Positions 31,857-42,885 of a stretch of DNA of 64,000 bases are shown here, one piece after another. The stretch's first letter is position 1, and each line of letters begins with the position of its first letter. The notes below the pieces were generated by a model. The model made no database searches. It had not been told where the DNA came from and saw only the letters and a program-made list of their open reading frames with translations. Origin of the DNA: Synechococcus sp. (GTDB taxonomy: Bacteria; Cyanobacteriota; Cyanobacteriia; Thermostichales; PCC-7336); NCBI GenBank assembly GCA_051439425.1, contig JBFRWD010000102.1, forward strand, positions 9,859-73,858, read 5' to 3'. A program made the translations under genes and the position numbers.

Positions 31857-33167
31857 ATGGTTTCTACTGCCCCCAGCTCAACTACTAGCTTTAGCTCAAA
31901 TAGCATGATGCCCGTCGCAGACGCAGAACGGCTCGTCCTCGGCTGCGCCCAACCTCTTGGCACCGAATGGATTGAACTGGGTAGTGCCACCAGTCGTGTT
32001 CTGGCATCCGACCTACTGAGCCCGCACGATTTCCCTCCGGCCCCCACCTCCAGCATGGATGGCTACGGCGTCCGTCATGCCGACCTCACCAGCATCCCCT
32101 GCGACTTGTCCGTCATTGAAACCTTACCGGCAGGTACCGTCAGCCAAACAGCCCTCCAACCGGGCCAAGCAGCCAGATTATTCACCGGCTCCGAGCTGCC
32201 TCCAGGAGCTGACACAATTGTGATTCAGGAGGATACGCAGCGGACAGGAAATACCGTCAAGGTGTTGGAAGCCTATCCGTTGGGCAAATTTGTCCGCCAG
32301 CAAGGGCAATTTTGTCAAGCAGGCGATCGCCTCATGGCCACCGGCCAGGTATTGGGGGCTCCCGAAATCGCCCTACTGGCAGCAGTACGCCACCTTAACC
32401 TGCAGGTGTACCGGCAGGCCAGAGTCGGGATTTTTTCCACCGGCGACGAGCTAGTCAGCCCGGAACAGCCACCCCAACCGGGTCAGGTTGTGGATTCCAA
32501 CCAACCGGGATTGAGTGCGCTCGTTCGACAAGCGGGGGCCATTCCCCACCGGTTTGGCATTGTCAAAGATACCGAGTCGGGTGAGATTGCTGGCGGTAAA
32601 GGAGCCCTGAAACAGGCGATCGCAGCAGCTCTGGCCACGTGCGATGTCATTCTCTCCAGTGGCGGCGTCTCAGTCGGAGACTACGACCACGTCGAATCAG
32701 TCTTGGAAGACTTAGGCGCCGATATTCTCATCCGCAAGGTTGCCATCAAACCCGGAAAGCCATTCACATTCGCCACCTTCCCGAGAGCATCTGGCTCCCC
32801 TCAGCTATACTGCGGCTTACCCGGAAACCCCGTATCGGCAATGGTGTGTTTTTGGCGATTTGTCCTACCAGCATTGCACAAGCTCCACGGCCAGCAACCA
32901 CCGTACTCACCCGGATTCACCACCGCGATCGCCCAGTCAGAACTACGTGCTGGCGGTGTGCGAGAAACCTATTTGTGGGGTCGAGTGGCGATCGTTCGTA
33001 GGGGACACGAGAGCGGACAATTACACTTTTTCCCTGCCAACGAGCACGGCTCGGGCAATCTAGTTAACCTGGCGGGAACCAACGCTTTAGCCGTCTTGCC
33101 TGTCGGAACCCAGCGGGTTAACGCAGGAGCATCCGTCGCCATTTTGATGACAGCACCGCTGACATAA
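31857..33167 (+). CDS. moeA: Molybdopterin molybdotransferase
   Basis: SMDGY, STGDEL, SSGGVSVGDYD, KPGKP and GLPGNPVS. Start uncertain (31857 or 31905). Confidence 0.95.
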   Translation: MVSTAPSSTTSFSSNSMMPVADAERLVLGCAQPLGTEWIELGSATSRVLASDLLSPHDFPPAPTSSMDGYGVRHADLTSIPCDLSVIETLPAGTVSQTALQPGQAARLFTGSELPPGADTIVIQEDTQRTGNTVKVLEAYPLGKFVRQQGQFCQAGDRLMATGQVLGAPEIALLAAVRHLNLQVYRQARVGIFSTGDELVSPEQPPQPGQVVDSNQPGLSALVRQAGAIPHRFGIVKDTESGEIAGGKGALKQAIAAALATCDVILSSGGVSVGDYDHVESVLEDLGADILIRKVAIKPGKPFTFATFPRASGSPQLYCGLPGNPVSAMVCFWRFVLPALHKLHGQQPPYSPGFTTAIAQSELRAGGVRETYLWGRVAIVRRGHESGQLHFFPANEHGSGNLVNLAGTNALAVLPVGTQRVNAGASVAILMTAPLT

Positions 33168-33353
33168 GCATCGAATCTTTACATCGGCACCACATGCAGA
33201 TACGTAGTGTAAAGTTGGGCTCCGCGAAAGTGCGGTTTTATCGGGCAACTTCATTAAGAAACTTGGGAAAGTTAGAAGCTGCACCGATCCACGCAGAAAG
33301 TATGTGAGCCTATAATCGGTGTACCTTTCCTTCTTACCGTGAGGGCCAACTGC

Positions 33354-34073
33354 ATGGAGTGGCATGCTAGCAACGCCGAACACCTAGCCTGCATCGATCG
33401 CCAAGTTGGGGATCACGGGCTGCCTCCCGCAATCTACGAGGTTGTACGACGAGCCATTCACGCTACAGCAGATTTCGATTACCTCCACAGCATTCATTTT
33501 TCTGAAAACGCCCTTAAGTTTGGAGCGGCTTCAGTCGCCGCCCGCACGACGATCGTTGTGGACGATCCGATGGTTCAGGTCGGCATCGTTCGCACTATTC
33601 AGGATACGTTTGCCAATCCCGTTTACTGTGGAGCAGAGACAATTACCCGCCCCCAACGGGCCAAGTCCGAAGTGGCTTGGGGGGTCGAAACCCTCGCTCG
33701 TCGCTACCCCGAGGCTATTTTTGTCATCGGACAATCCGCCGAAGCCCTCTCCACTCTGGTGTCGCTGATTACAGCAGAAGAAGCAGCCCCTTCCCTCATC
33801 ATCGCTGCGCCTCCTAGCTTCGATCCAATAGGCAAAGGTGGGCCTGAAGACGCAGCCAGCAAACTCAATCCCAAACAGCAACTAGCCCAATTGCAAGTAC
33901 CGCATATCGTCACAACAGGTACAAAAGGTTCAGCCTGTGTAGCTGCAGCAATCTTAGATGGTCTACTCGACCTCACATGGCAAGCCTACGTTCGCAAAGC
34001 AGCTGCCAAGCGTCGTCATCAAGAGCAAAGTCAGAAGGTTCAGCCTACTGTGGGTGCAGCTGTGACGGCCTAG
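33354..34073 (+). CDS. cobH: Precorrin-8X methylmutase (CbiC/CobH family), divergent
   Basis: VVRRAIHATADFDY, IFVIG and GTKGSA.VAAA motifs. Confidence 0.78.
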   Translation: MEWHASNAEHLACIDRQVGDHGLPPAIYEVVRRAIHATADFDYLHSIHFSENALKFGAASVAARTTIVVDDPMVQVGIVRTIQDTFANPVYCGAETITRPQRAKSEVAWGVETLARRYPEAIFVIGQSAEALSTLVSLITAEEAAPSLIIAAPPSFDPIGKGGPEDAASKLNPKQQLAQLQVPHIVTTGTKGSACVAAAILDGLLDLTWQAYVRKAAAKRRHQEQSQKVQPTVGAAVTA

Positions 34074-34350
34074 GGAGATGGTGAAACACTGAGGGGCTGG
34101 TGGTGTTTATAGGATCATTGGTCATTCGTAGGTGTTGGCTTACAGTTCTCAACGATCTGGCAAGTAAGCTAGCCTCACCAGTTGGCAGTGTTCAAGAGAG
34201 CAATCCAATAAACAGGTTAAGTATTGATAGCGAGAGAGGCCAGCAACCTCCTAAGCAAACGCCCCAAACCGATTCCACTTTCCCCTTAATCCCCATAATT
34301 ATTGGACCCTTAGTTTTACTCTTAGGGCAGCCTGCCATGAGGACAAGCAG

Positions 34351-34413
34351 TAATGACCAAGGACTAATAACCAAGGAGCAATGACTAATGACCAATGACC
34401 AAGAACTAACAAT
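34351..34413. repeat. Heptameric short tandem repeat (STRR-like), about 9 units
   Basis: TAATGAC CAAGGAC TAATAAC CAAGGAG CAATGAC TAATGAC CAATGAC CAAGAAC TAACAAT. Confidence 0.8.
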
Positions 34414-34431
34414 CACCCCATAACTCTCCCA

Positions 34432-34941
34432 ATGCCCCAAGCCCCCCTTCCTCCCCAAACGCTCACCCACATCACTCCCGATGGCCAAATCGCCATGGTC
34501 GACGTCTCCGACAAAGCGATTACGACTCGACAAGCAACTGCTGGCGGACAAGTGCGCATGCAGTCCGAGACTCTAGACGCAATTTTGGCAGGTAATGCAC
34601 CAAAAGGAAGCGCGATCGAAACCGCTCGACTGGCTGGGATTATGGCAGCCAAACAAACCGCAAATTTAATACCGCTTTGCCATCCACTACCGCTGGGAAA
34701 AATCGCCGTCGAAATTACCCCCGACCCTCAATTGCCTGGATTATCGATCGAAGCCACGGTCAAGACATCTGCACCCACCGGCGTTGAAATGGAGGCACTG
34801 ACAGCAGTATCGGTAGCGGCTCTAACGCTATACGACATGGCCAAAGCATTGGAAAAGTCCATGCAGATTGAGAATATTCGTCTACTGAAAAAAAGCGGTG
34901 GCAAATCTGGCGATTACGACGTGCAGACACAGGGTGAATAA
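34432..34941 (+). CDS. moaC: Cyclic pyranopterin monophosphate synthase
   Basis: [32 protein letters not shown] and KSGGKSG. Confidence 0.96.
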   Translation: MPQAPLPPQTLTHITPDGQIAMVDVSDKAITTRQATAGGQVRMQSETLDAILAGNAPKGSAIETARLAGIMAAKQTANLIPLCHPLPLGKIAVEITPDPQLPGLSIEATVKTSAPTGVEMEALTAVSVAALTLYDMAKALEKSMQIENIRLLKKSGGKSGDYDVQTQGE

Positions 34942-35062
34942 CGGCGATCGCTCGATCCCTCAAGCCCACTGGCATGCAAATGCTATGCCCCCTCTCAACC
35001 AGAGTCCCCAGAACATATGCACGTCGCAATGCCTTTTATCCACACACAAATTATCCATAAAC

Positions 35063-35088
35063 AAAAAGCGGGCCTCAGGCGGCCCGCT
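35063..35088 (-). terminator. Intrinsic terminator of ftsH
   Basis: AGCGGGCC-TCAGGC-GGCCCGCT preceded by an A run (U-tail on the minus strand). Confidence 0.75.
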
Positions 35089-35126
35089 CCAGCTATCTAA
35101 GTGAGTTAGCGCATGTCGAGATTGAC

Positions 35127-37022
35127 CTAGACACCCACGGGCTCCACTCCTGCCGGGTCTTGAGCAGGCGTGACATGGCTGGACTTAACTCGAGCGAGCA
35201 GAGTCTGTAACTCATCTCCCTCAATCACCTCTTGCTCCAGAATTTTCTGTGCAATTTCTTCCAGCAGATCGCGATTCTCCTTCAGGATAGACAGGGCCAT
35301 TTGGTGTCCCCCTTCCACAATCCCTTTCACTTCTTCGTCGATCGCCTTCGCGGTATCGTCACTCACCATTCGGCGTGGATTACCCCCATCACCCAAGAAG
35401 CTATTGCCCTGGGGACGGTCGTAAGCCAACGGGCCAAGCACTTTGCTCATGCCGAAGCTAGTGACCATGCGCTCCGCTACATCTGTAGCTCGCTGCAAAT
35501 CGTTCGAGGCACCTGTCGTCACGCTACCAAAGATGATCTCTTCGGCAGATCGCCCCCCCAAGAGAGTCGCAATTTGACCGCGCAGCTCGTTTTCGTCATT
35601 CAAGAACCGATCTTCAGTCGGCAACTGCAAAGTATAACCCAGCGCTGCCATTCCGCGAGGGACAATCGAAATCTTAGCCACTTCACTACCACCAGGAACC
35701 GCAGCTCCCACCAGCGCATGACCCACTTCGTGATAGGCCACAATCGTTTTCTCGCGATCGTTCAACACCCGGCTCTTCTTCTCCAAGCCAGCGACTACTC
35801 GTTCGATCGCTTCGCCGAAGTCTGCTTGAGCAACAGTGGTGCGATTATTGCGGGCGGCCAGCAGAGCAGCTTCATTGACCAAGTTGGCCAAGTCGGCCCC
35901 TGCAAATCCTGAGGTGCGTACAGCAATCGACTTCAGGTCAACCCCATCCCCCAATTTCACCTTACGGGCATAGATTTTAAGGATTTCCAGACGACCGGAG
36001 AGGTCGGGGCGATCGACGAGCACTTGGCGATCGAAGCGACCGGGCCGCAGCAGGGCTGGGTCAAGAGATTCGGGACGGTTAGTCGCAGCCAAAACGATCA
36101 CGGTGTTATCCCCGGCCGAGAAGCCATCCATTTCGGTCAGCAACTGGTTCAGAGTTTGCTCTCGCTCGTCATTACCGCCGACAAACCCACCACTGGCACG
36201 AGACTTACCAATGGCATCCAATTCGTCAATGAACACGATGCAGGGAGCTTGTTTCTTCGCTTGCTCGAACAAATCACGCACCCGAGCAGCACCAGCCCCC
36301 ACAAATAATTCGACAAATTCAGAGCCGGAAATACTGAAGAAGGTTACTCCCGCTTCGCCAGCCACCGCTTTAGCCAACAGCGTCTTACCGGTACCGGGAG
36401 GGCCAACCAACAGAACGCCCTTAGGAATGCGGGCACCAATATTGGTGTATTTCTGGGAATCTTTCAAAAATTCGACAATCTCTTCCAGCTCGGCTTTCGC
36501 TTCTTCCACACCGGCCACGTCCGCAAATGTAGTGCGAGTCGATTCGCCTTCAACATAAACTTTGGCTTTGCTCTTGCTGATGGACAGAGCTCCTTGACCT
36601 CCTCCCATGCTACGACCCAAGAAAAACTGCCACACTGCCACAAAAATGAGAGGGGGAATCACCCAGCCCAAAATATTGGAGAACCAGCGATTTTGAGGGG
36701 GAGGAGCAGCAGCAAACTCGATGCCTTTTTCTTCCAAACGCTTGGGCAAGTCCAAGTCAAAGATAGGCGTGGTGGAATAGATTGCTTCGTCTTTATCTCC
36801 ATCACTGACCTGGAACAGAATTTTCTCCTGCCCCACCTGCACCCGTTCCACCTGGCCATCTTCAACCTTGTCGATGAAAAAGCTATAGGGCACTCGGGGA
36901 GTCTGCTGACCAAAGAAGAGTGGGCCAACGGCATTCAGAAGCAGAATCGATCCGGCGATCGCCAACAAAATATTGCCGATGGTGCGGTTGCGCGAGTTGC
37001 GTGGTTTATCGTTAATTCCCAT
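35127..37022 (-). CDS. ftsH: ATP-dependent zinc metalloprotease FtsH (FtsH4-like)
   Basis: Two TM helices, [33 protein letters not shown]. Confidence 0.97.
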   Translation of the reverse strand: MGINDKPRNSRNRTIGNILLAIAGSILLLNAVGPLFFGQQTPRVPYSFFIDKVEDGQVERVQVGQEKILFQVSDGDKDEAIYSTTPIFDLDLPKRLEEKGIEFAAAPPPQNRWFSNILGWVIPPLIFVAVWQFFLGRSMGGGQGALSISKSKAKVYVEGESTRTTFADVAGVEEAKAELEEIVEFLKDSQKYTNIGARIPKGVLLVGPPGTGKTLLAKAVAGEAGVTFFSISGSEFVELFVGAGAARVRDLFEQAKKQAPCIVFIDELDAIGKSRASGGFVGGNDEREQTLNQLLTEMDGFSAGDNTVIVLAATNRPESLDPALLRPGRFDRQVLVDRPDLSGRLEILKIYARKVKLGDGVDLKSIAVRTSGFAGADLANLVNEAALLAARNNRTTVAQADFGEAIERVVAGLEKKSRVLNDREKTIVAYHEVGHALVGAAVPGGSEVAKISIVPRGMAALGYTLQLPTEDRFLNDENELRGQIATLLGGRSAEEIIFGSVTTGASNDLQRATDVAERMVTSFGMSKVLGPLAYDRPQGNSFLGDGGNPRRMVSDDTAKAIDEEVKGIVEGGHQMALSILKENRDLLEEIAQKILEQEVIEGDELQTLLARVKSSHVTPAQDPAGVEPVGV

Positions 37023-37115
37023 TTAGTTCATTCCCATTTCTGTAGACCTTTATGCGGCAATGGGTCAATCAAGACGGTCGTCCCGTTACCTCTTTAGGTT
37101 GGCACAGATTAGTTT

Positions 37116-37133
37116 TTTGTAAAACTTTGTAAC
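37116..37133 (-). promoter_or_regulatory. HLR1 (RpaB-binding) motif upstream of ftsH
   Basis: Minus strand GTTACAAA-GT-TTTACAAA is a perfect match to the HLR1 consensus. Confidence 0.65.
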
Positions 37134-37257
37134 TTACGGAATACCGATCCTTGCATTCATCAACAAACGCTACCCACAGCGTTATTTTTGCATTAAGGAA
37201 ACCTTTTTCTCTACATGTTGAGGTACGGTCGGATTAACTGTGGGAAATGGTACAACC

Positions 37258-38811
37258 ATGGCACAACACTCCAAACCGCTTGATTGGCTGAAATTCTTAG
37301 CAGCTAGCCCTCTCACTCGCGATTGCACAATCAATCCACACGATCCCAATCCTGACCCCAGACGCCGTATTCGACTGTATTCTCTGACGGGTCTGATGTC
37401 GGCGATCGGTGGCTTAGCAATCTCTTGCATTGCTCTACCCGCACATGCAAACACCGAACGGGTCTACATTGTCGAGGTACTGTCCAACTCTGAAGAGGTT
37501 TTGGAGGTCGTACGTACCGAGGTCTCTGACGCCTATATCGTGACTAAGGAAGACGGGACGCAGTCGATTATTGCCGGCACCTTTTTAGATGAGGCGAATG
37601 CCCGTCGCCAAGCGACCGAATTGCACGCCCTGAATGTTTCCCCTACCTCCATCAGCCCGTTTGAATACACCCCCGAAGATGAGTCCAATCTGGCTGACGC
37701 GTCTAACACCACAGACAATCCTGACGGAGCGTCAGCAGCTAATTCGCAACAACCCGATGAGCCTGCCACGACTGAGTTCGCAGCATCTAGCGCTCCAATG
37801 CCTAGCGATTCAGCATCTAACTCGGCGCTCGTCAGGCCATCAACCGAGACTGCCACCTCCGACCCCAAAGCACCATCTCAGCAAGCACCACAGTCTGTAG
37901 CTGCAGCACCTCAAGTCAACCAGCTAGCTACTCCAGGCGGCGGTAGCAGTAGTACCCCCATCAATTCCGATCGCCAGTACTCCACTCTGGTTCCTGTCCC
38001 CAGTGGCACCGAACCTACAGCCACGTTGGTACAAGTCCAGCATTTTTTCCCAGAGGCATCGCTACAAACTTACAACCAGGGGCAAGCGGTTCAAACCGGG
38101 ACGTTTTCTCATCGCTCCCAAGCACAACTGCAAGCAGAGTGGTTGGCAACAAAAGGTCTGCACGCAATCTCCGTGCCCACAGACCCTCTCAGTTCCAGAA
38201 ATTCTGCAGCCACCCCCCCTCCTCCTGTCAGTAGCCCTACCACTTCATCACCCACCAGCACTACTGCCACCAATCCGGTCAACCAACCCGAAATCGCTGC
38301 CAGCACCGGTACCGCCCCCTCTACCTCCTCCCCTCCTACCGCACCCCCAGTCACACCGCCAACCGGTGCGCTGACATCCGTAGCCCCTGCGCCTGCTAAC
38401 CCTCAGGTGTCGGCCCCGCCAACTAACGGAGCTGCAACGAATCATCCTGCCCAAATGAATAGTCCATCGGCTGACATTCCCGCAGCCAATACCGCCCTGC
38501 AACCCGGGCAACCAGCAGAAACACCATCAACAGACGCAACACCGGCAGCTACAGGGACATCAGCGATTGCTGCCGCCCCCCCCGTAGCCTCATCAGCCTA
38601 TTGGGTTCTGGTTGCCGATCCAATGGGAGAACAGCTCAACGCCATTCAGGCGATTGTCCCGACTGCAGAAGCAGCAGTGTACAACCAGCAACAGGTGGTA
38701 AGAACGGGAGAATTCGCCACTGAGCAAGACGCCTTAGATCAAGTGCGATACCTATCCACACAGGGATACGAGGCCGGTATCTTCACGGCAGACGATCCTG
38801 CCGTGAATTAG
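37258..38811 (+). CDS. Exported protein with three SPOR-like domains and Pro/Ser/Thr-rich linkers
   Basis: TM/signal ending in PAHA; repeated AGTFLDEANA, VQTGTFSHRSQA and VRTGEFATEQDA motifs. Confidence 0.65.
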   Translation: MAQHSKPLDWLKFLAASPLTRDCTINPHDPNPDPRRRIRLYSLTGLMSAIGGLAISCIALPAHANTERVYIVEVLSNSEEVLEVVRTEVSDAYIVTKEDGTQSIIAGTFLDEANARRQATELHALNVSPTSISPFEYTPEDESNLADASNTTDNPDGASAANSQQPDEPATTEFAASSAPMPSDSASNSALVRPSTETATSDPKAPSQQAPQSVAAAPQVNQLATPGGGSSSTPINSDRQYSTLVPVPSGTEPTATLVQVQHFFPEASLQTYNQGQAVQTGTFSHRSQAQLQAEWLATKGLHAISVPTDPLSSRNSAATPPPPVSSPTTSSPTSTTATNPVNQPEIAASTGTAPSTSSPPTAPPVTPPTGALTSVAPAPANPQVSAPPTNGAATNHPAQMNSPSADIPAANTALQPGQPAETPSTDATPAATGTSAIAAAPPVASSAYWVLVADPMGEQLNAIQAIVPTAEAAVYNQQQVVRTGEFATEQDALDQVRYLSTQGYEAGIFTADDPAVN

Positions 38812-38976
38812 TAGCCTGTCAGGCTTCCAATGGGGATCATCACACTACGAATGCATTGCTGACAGCCTCAGAAAGAGCAACTATGCATCACTCCCACGCT
38901 GGCGGAACTCCCACACTAACAGCACACTAATGCCACATGGAAAATGGGGATGGCTCAGACGCTCTGCCCTACATCA

Positions 38977-41412
38977 TCAAGATGGGTTAAGGGGTGGAGA
39001 GTCTCCAAGTGACGCGGGGCTGCCCACTTTCACCCATGGCAATACGAAAGTCGGGGCGTCCCCTTTGCAGGGCTTTTCCAAAGCACATTCCAGCACTTCG
39101 TCCAATTGCTCGACGGGTCTGAGATCGAGGTTACGTTTCACTTCATCAGGGATGGACTGCAAGTCTTTTAAGTTCGCTTTTGGGAACAGCACTGTCTTGA
39201 TTCCCACCTGATTGGCAGCTAGTGACTTTTCCTTCAGTCCACCGATGGGAAGCACGCGGCCGCGCAGAGTGATTTCTCCCGTCATAGCCACATTGTGATT
39301 GACCGAGCGCCCCGATAGAGCGGAAACCATTGCCGTTGCCATAGCAATGCCAGCAGATGGCCCGTCTTTGGGAGTCGCTCCCTCGGGAATATGAATGTGG
39401 ACGTCCACTTGGTCGGGGAAACCATCGGTGACGTGCAACTCGTCAGCATGGGCGCGGATGAAACTGAAGGCCGCTTGAGCGGACTCCTTCATGACATCCC
39501 CCAATTGACCGGTGAGCTGCAGTTTTCCCTTACCAGGCATGACATTCACTTCAATTGGCAACGTGCAGCCTCCATAGGGAGTCCAGGCCAATCCCGTACA
39601 GATTCCCACCTGGTTCTTTTGACGATCTTTCACATCCGGTAGGTACTTGGGAGTACCGAGGTAGGACTCCAGATTTTGCGGAGTAATCCGTCGCTTTTGC
39701 TTTTGGGTAGACGATAGAGATTTGCGAGCTACCTTGCGACACAGTGCCCCCACAGTCCGCTCTAGATTGCGCACACCTGCTTCTCTCGTGTATTCCCGAA
39801 TTAGCCGCTGCAAGGCTGCTTTTTGCAACTCAAGGGCATCCGGCTCCAGGCCGTGCTTGGAGATTTGCTTGGGAATCAGGTGCTGACGAGAAATCGCCAC
39901 TTTCTCCGCTTCGGTATATCCGCCCAACCGAATTACATCCATGCGATCGAGCAACGGAGCAGGAATAGTATCGTCAGTGTTCGCCGTGCAGATAAAGAAG
40001 ACTTGCGAGAGATCGAAGGGAATTTCGACGAAGTGATCGCTGAATGTCGCGTTCTGTTCTGGATCGAGCACCTCAAGCAGTGCCGCCGCCGGATCTCCCT
40101 GAAATGAAGCGCCCAATTTATCAATCTCGTCCAGCAACATGACTGGATTGCGGGTGCCAACATCCCTCAATGCTTGCAATATACGGCCGGGCATGGAACC
40201 GATGTAGGTGCGACGGTGACCGCGAATAGCCGATTCGTCATGTACCCCACCCAAGCTGACCCGCACCAATTTACGTTCGAGACTGTTAGCGATAGAACGG
40301 GCCAGACTGGTTTTTCCTACCCCTGGAGGACCGACCAAACAGAGAATAGCCGGACTTCCGCCGTGGGAGTTTTTCTGACTGGCTAGTAATTGACGAACAG
40401 CCAGAAATTCCAAAATTCGTTCTTTGACTTTGTCCTGACCATAGTGGTCGCGATCGAGCACTTGTTCGGCGATCGCCAAATCCAACGTCTCGGCTTCCAT
40501 CACCTGCCAGGGCAAGGATGACAACCACTCCAAGTAATTTTGAATCGCTCCAGCCTCTGCTGTTGTCGGCGGCAACTGCTCCAATCGTGTCAACTCGCGA
40601 TTCACTCTCGACCAAGAGGATTCGGGAATGCCAACGTCCTCCAATTTTCCGCGTAAGGTGTTAACTTCTTCGACATCCTCACCCAGCTCGGCCTGGATCG
40701 TTTTCAGCTGTTCGCGCAGGTAATACTCTTTCTGGTTGGCCTCAATCCGCTCTCTCACACGCGCATGAATATCCTGCTCGATTTCCATCAGGCCCATCTG
40801 CACGTGCAGTAACTGGCTCACCTGCATCAGCAGATCGAAGATATGCGTTTCCGACAGCAACTCTTGCTTTTGAGCCAGCTCGATCGGCAAAAACGATGCA
40901 ATCAGATCGGCAAGATGAATGGGATCGTCGATATCCTGAACCGATTCGTAAGCAGCATTGGGGAGCTTGGGATGAGCACTGACGTACTTAGCGAATTCAT
41001 CTCGCAGCATGCGCTGCAAAACATCCAGACTCTCCTTTTGTTTGGCAGATTTGGCGCTGAGATCGATGTCTATAGGGGTAATGAGGGCTTGAAACCCTGG
41101 CTGGCGACGACGAAAGCGGTTGATCTGGATGCGCGTTTGCCCTTCCACCAAAATCTTGATGGATTCATCTGGTAGGCGCATCACCTGATGGATTTTTGCC
41201 AGGGTTCCGATACGAAACAGTTGCTTAGCAACCGGATCGTCAATATCGCCGTCTTTTTGGGCTAGCAGGATAATCTGCTGGTCTTCTGTTTCTAATGCTT
41301 CTTCCAGAGCTGCTAGCGATCGCTCGCGACCAATCAGCAAAGGCACAACCAGCCGAGGGAAAACCACTGTGTCACGCAATGGAATTAAGGGGAGCAACAC
41401 AGGAGTAGTCAC
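38977..41412 (-). CDS. lon: ATP-dependent Lon protease (endopeptidase La)
   Basis: LON N-domain (LPLIPLRD.VVFP), GPPGVGKTS, LLDEIDK, catalytic PKDGPSAG and PIGGLKEK. Confidence 0.97.
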   Translation of the reverse strand: MTTPVLLPLIPLRDTVVFPRLVVPLLIGRERSLAALEEALETEDQQIILLAQKDGDIDDPVAKQLFRIGTLAKIHQVMRLPDESIKILVEGQTRIQINRFRRRQPGFQALITPIDIDLSAKSAKQKESLDVLQRMLRDEFAKYVSAHPKLPNAAYESVQDIDDPIHLADLIASFLPIELAQKQELLSETHIFDLLMQVSQLLHVQMGLMEIEQDIHARVRERIEANQKEYYLREQLKTIQAELGEDVEEVNTLRGKLEDVGIPESSWSRVNRELTRLEQLPPTTAEAGAIQNYLEWLSSLPWQVMEAETLDLAIAEQVLDRDHYGQDKVKERILEFLAVRQLLASQKNSHGGSPAILCLVGPPGVGKTSLARSIANSLERKLVRVSLGGVHDESAIRGHRRTYIGSMPGRILQALRDVGTRNPVMLLDEIDKLGASFQGDPAAALLEVLDPEQNATFSDHFVEIPFDLSQVFFICTANTDDTIPAPLLDRMDVIRLGGYTEAEKVAISRQHLIPKQISKHGLEPDALELQKAALQRLIREYTREAGVRNLERTVGALCRKVARKSLSSTQKQKRRITPQNLESYLGTPKYLPDVKDRQKNQVGICTGLAWTPYGGCTLPIEVNVMPGKGKLQLTGQLGDVMKESAQAAFSFIRAHADELHVTDGFPDQVDVHIHIPEGATPKDGPSAGIAMATAMVSALSGRSVNHNVAMTGEITLRGRVLPIGGLKEKSLAANQVGIKTVLFPKANLKDLQSIPDEVKRNLDLRPVEQLDEVLECALEKPCKGDAPTFVLPWVKVGSPASLGDSPPLNPS

Positions 41413-41582
41413 GATCAGACTCTGAATTCTTAATAATATTTTAGCTTTTTAGCCGTCGTAAAATTAATTTTTTATGCTGACATAGAAGGCGTTTTGTAAA
41501 CATTCCCAGACATTCTTGAAGCGTTGAATGGTGTCGCTAAACGGGACCACGCTAGTGCAATCCAATCGGTGGTACTCCGCAG

Positions 41583-42584
41583 CTACGTCAACTCCGCAAA
41601 AGCCGCAGCAGTCTCCACCCTCTTATCCACTTCAGCCAGAGCCCTCAGCACAATTTCAATGCCTCCGCCCAACTTCAGCCCTTCGGTAATCTCCCGCTTC
41701 CAGGCACGCGTCCCTGGCTGTCCTGCAAACAACTGCAACATGTGACGCGTTATCGAATTGAGCTTTGTCCCCTTGCTCAGCCACTCCTCGATGTAGGGCA
41801 ACATTCCCTGCACAACATCTCTACGGCTGGGGATAGATGTTGATTCCTCATACAAATCGCGATCCACGGTCGCAAATAGATAAGGTGTATCGTAGGCAGC
41901 CCGGCCAATCATGACTGCATCCACTGACTGCAGGTGATACTCCACCTCTGCTAATGTCTTGACTCCCCCATTGACCTCGATAAGCAAATGAGGGAATTCT
42001 TGCTTAAGACGATAAACATCCTCATATCGCAGTGGCGGAACTGTGCGGTTTTCCTTCGGACTTAAACCCTGTAACCAAGCTTTTCTCGCATGAACCGTAA
42101 ATCTGGTGCACCCTGCATCCGCAACAACTCGCACAAACTCTCGCATATCTTCGTAGCGGTCGCGGTCGTCTATCCCAATCCGATGTTTGACGGTGACAGG
42201 AATAGAAACCGCAGTTCGCATTGCCTCTACACAACGCGCCACCAGATCGGGTGCCCCCATCAAACAGGCCCCGAAATTCCCGCTCTGCACCCGATCGCTC
42301 GGACAACCAACATTCAAGTTAACTTCGTCATATCCCCAATCTGAAGCAATACGGGCGCATTCGGCCAACTCCGTAGGGTTATCTCCACCCAACTGCAAAG
42401 AAATAGGATGCTCGATCGGAGAAAAATCTAGTAAACGACTGCGATCGCCTTTCAAAATCGCCTTGGTTACTACCATTTCGGTGTACAGTAACGGCCGCCT
42501 AGCCAATTGCCGCATGAAATAGCGGTAGTGGCGATCGGTACGATCCATCATAGGAGCTAGGCTTAGGATATTTCCTGAAAGCAT
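41583..42584 (-). CDS. dusA: tRNA-dihydrouridine synthase A
   Basis: APMMDRTDRH, NLNVGCPSDRVQ, HARKAWLQGLSPKENR. Confidence 0.96.
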   Translation of the reverse strand: MLSGNILSLAPMMDRTDRHYRYFMRQLARRPLLYTEMVVTKAILKGDRSRLLDFSPIEHPISLQLGGDNPTELAECARIASDWGYDEVNLNVGCPSDRVQSGNFGACLMGAPDLVARCVEAMRTAVSIPVTVKHRIGIDDRDRYEDMREFVRVVADAGCTRFTVHARKAWLQGLSPKENRTVPPLRYEDVYRLKQEFPHLLIEVNGGVKTLAEVEYHLQSVDAVMIGRAAYDTPYLFATVDRDLYEESTSIPSRRDVVQGMLPYIEEWLSKGTKLNSITRHMLQLFAGQPGTRAWKREITEGLKLGGGIEIVLRALAEVDKRVETAAAFAELT

Positions 42585-42885
42585 GAATAGCTTGGTAAAG
42601 TTGAAGTCAATCTAAATCAAAAGGCACATAAAACAGGCCATTTTACATGATATCTTATATACCCAGAAAAGCAGTACAGTAAATCGTTTTACATTAAAAG
42701 AATGATGAACTCTCAATTCTTATAAAATTATGCCGGAAAATAATGGGATAGAAGTTGCGCAAATCATAAGTGAGAAATGTTAGCATAAGCAATTATAGGA
42801 ATAGAATTTTTAATGGGTTTACATAGATACTTTTTATCAATGGTATCTGAGCTTCTGGTTGTATTTCAAAAGAGATAAGGGTCTG

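Noticed and set aside
33168..33353. Possible cobalamin riboswitch upstream of cobH
   Set aside because: Small hairpins are present, but I could not find the conserved B12-box and core motifs.
35036..35059. DnaA-box-like TTATCCACA and TTATCCATA between moaC and ftsH
   Set aside because: Only two boxes, no AT-rich unwinding element and no dnaA/dnaN nearby; not enough for an origin.
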